Positions 57,701 through 58,694 of a stretch of DNA of 58,694 bases are shown here, in pieces. Both the position numbers and the translations under genes were made by a program. The DNA is taken from positions 1 through 58,694 of IMG/VR virus record IMGVR_UViG_3300020463_002739; one strand, 5' to 3'. The stretch comes from a virus. Lineage: Duplodnaviria; Caudoviricetes. The notes below the pieces were generated by a model. That model worked only from the letters and a program-made list of their open reading frames with translations, had not been told where the DNA came from and made no database searches. Each line of letters starts with the position of its first letter. The first letter of the stretch is position 1.

Positions 57701-58694
57701 GTGCGTATGGACATATGTCTCATCCATTTGATACTGATATCAATTTAACATTTGGACAACTTAAAGATATCGTAAATCGTGCATTAGAGGGTACATTAGA
57801 ATTTACACGAGAAAAAACAGATGGACAGGCACTAGCAATTTCATGGAAAGATGGGAGATTAGTTGCAGCAAGAAATAAAGGACACCTAAAAAACAAAGGT
57901 GAGAATGCTTTAGATATCAAAGGAGTATCAGATAAGTTTCAAGGAAGGGGTGGATTGAGTGATGCATACAATTATGCGATGAAAGACCTTTCAAATGCTA
58001 TATCTTCTCTTAGTGATAAACAAAGAGATAAGATTTTTAAACAAGGTGCGTGTTTTATGAACCTTGAAGTGATATATCCAACATCAGTTAATGTGATTCC
58101 TTATGGACAGGCACTACTTGTGTTCCATGGCACAATGGAATATGATGATGAGGGTGTTGCAATAGGTGAAAATGGTGAGGCAGCAAGAATCTTGGCAGGT
58201 ATGATTAAACAAGTTAATAAAGATGTACAAGATAACTACACAATCCAAGGCCCACCGATTGTAAAATTACCTAAATCGCAAGACCTTTCTAAGAAAAGGA
58301 GTAAATACTCATCTCAAATTTCTAAATTACAAAAACAATTTGGATTAAAGGATACAGATGGTGTTGCAAACTACCACCAGGCATGGTGGGAACAATGGGT
58401 TAGTAAAAACTCACCAGCATCACTTGATAATAAAACCAAAATGGGGTTAGTTAAGAGATGGGCATTCATGGATAAGAAGTTTAGATTAGATTCTAAAAAT
58501 ATTTCTGATTCCAAAACACTTGAATGGGCTAAAAAAACAGATAAAGATAATCATAAGAAGATATCTAAAGATAATTTAATGAAATTTGAAAAAATCTTCT
58601 TAGGATTGGGTGCAGAAGTATTAGAATTTACTTCATCAGCACTTACAGTTAATCCTGATAAGGCAGTTCGTGATATAAAGAAACGAATTGATAA
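54793..58694 (+). CDS. multidomain polyprotein (at least 1300 aa, 3' truncated): HxGH nucleotidyltransferase + Zn ribbon + basic modules + HD phosphohydrolase + KxDG ligase-like domain
   Basis: Frame 1 is open from ATG 54793 to the window end (translated manually; absent from the track). GRFQPMHKGH at 54877, CPKC/CHNC at 56062/56119, SDLYTDENPK at 56602, HPEGNVLKHT...AMFHDIGK...HFGHE at 57307-57471, GGAYGHMSHPFD at 57697, EKTDG at 57811. Confidence 0.85.
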   Translation, partial: MNELSQFLVDSILLEEKSPIKKTVVIYVGRFQPMHKGHYETYQHLVKKFGKNSVYVGTSDKVQLPKSPFNFKEKVKIANSMFGIPKNKIFKVKNPYKPVEILKKFDEKTTAFVTVVGEKDKSRLRMGPGRYFQQYKGEPTEGYEDRGYVYVSPSQGGGISGTETRNGLSVGSDDQKKEFFKKRAYGKFNATIFKMITDKLNEDIEIKKEWILDSLNEISKIAGDGLDVDDGPNIVYPSAPLFNKISIERAAKIGFEVVGDILGGEKAIDKTDYRVYGDGPVGAVSYFPAGIIGDMSPNNQVDIYSKGAYSQWYKHATRTASLVGYEVIRGLGINQDDAQQSGDDAKGAKELEKEFEASLQESIVLPVKVGDTIMTGRFKNKKTVVKTIGKDEHGMPTINGRKVVTFRLMKEGFVVEVAGTEIDCPKCNHSWELESDDDEKYLCHNCGYDSQKQEYDFDAFETWQEKNGMLDERSKGKLRPADLLRRKAAMAGKRAAIARRRARTMKRRKPLAKLKKIAYKKAYLQVYDEFMKELFPGKKKSELSIQQAKVVHKNVLRKKKRVLKRAKFQFLPALRAKEADKFDGKEAARVPRKKGQHRGSSSHSDLYTDENPKGTIKGLKFATVDDAKKSVSKIKGSGKTHAHKIQAAIAMEQRARVMGKTSAAAVYRKFINQMKKKTKNEIDEVGVGTGQSGIRKGYPGKDELAARMKKVAKYRGLTNSDKKYQYDTIKEVNEFFYMDFKKYVYKRRGEINRKIKGLSPKEKKKFFELLWKKQFGKNKSWSKVDGSELHQMLKKDKYVKEGLKEKGITDFKSLFKKMPSDLQKRVYNLKNFGQRLDKHPEGNVLKHTIMVVNRSIKDDDIDIAIAAMFHDIGKDETAGIHPKKGHITHFGHEKVSASLVKKYKKFIESVGGNTANVFYIVKNHMKYKQLSDMRPKKADKVKSFRAFDKLGKFSKHDRGGLGEDVITEGGAYGHMSHPFDTDINLTFGQLKDIVNRALEGTLEFTREKTDGQALAISWKDGRLVAARNKGHLKNKGENALDIKGVSDKFQGRGGLSDAYNYAMKDLSNAISSLSDKQRDKIFKQGACFMNLEVIYPTSVNVIPYGQALLVFHGTMEYDDEGVAIGENGEAARILAGMIKQVNKDVQDNYTIQGPPIVKLPKSQDLSKKRSKYSSQISKLQKQFGLKDTDGVANYHQAWWEQWVSKNSPASLDNKTKMGLVKRWAFMDKKFRLDSKNISDSKTLEWAKKTDKDNHKKISKDNLMKFEKIFLGLGAEVLEFTSSALTVNPDKAVRDIKKRID

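Noticed and set aside
397-57920. The many 60-130 aa minus-strand and nested plus-strand ORFs in the track
   Set aside because: They lie wholly or mostly inside long, motif-bearing plus-strand genes and read as antisense or off-frame shadows, including those over the unannotated 54793 ORF.
1-58694. Stop-codon reassignment as in some large phages
   Set aside because: The standard code gives long, complete, tightly packed genes, and TAA, TAG and TGA all end genes at sensible positions.

Overview
The window is an AT-rich (roughly 30% GC by eye), densely coded, almost entirely plus-strand segment of a large contractile-tailed (myovirus-type, probably jumbo) phage genome. It contains, in order: the end of a lysozyme-like gene, a gp55-like late sigma factor and a NodU carbamoyltransferase; a small terminator-bounded two-gene cassette; a baseplate/tail operon (spike, gp25-like, gp6-like, a 2194-aa protein and three tail-collar-like proteins); a replication/recombination block (GIY-YIG nuclease, primase, fused Mre11-Rad50); an 1882-aa S74-capped fibre; and an approximately 19 kb glycan-synthesis cluster. 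It ends in an unannotated ORF of at least 1300 aa (54793 to past the window end) that reads as a polyprotein: HxGH nucleotidyltransferase, Zn ribbon, basic modules, HD phosphohydrolase and a KxDG ligase-like domain, separated by prohead-protease-like (I/L/V)-X-E linkers. Other signals: a recurrent ATATTTATAT candidate late promoter (its core is the reverse complement of the T4 late box), a hidden antisense ribbon-helix-helix gene, a BACON-like domain split across two genes, two GT7 galactosyltransferases with a LamG domain inserted inside the catalytic fold, a Pho-box-like repeat and apparent GATC avoidance. Several independent cues point to a Bacteroidota host. All family assignments come from motif recognition by eye; no searches were run. 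No tRNA, rRNA or CRISPR array was seen.
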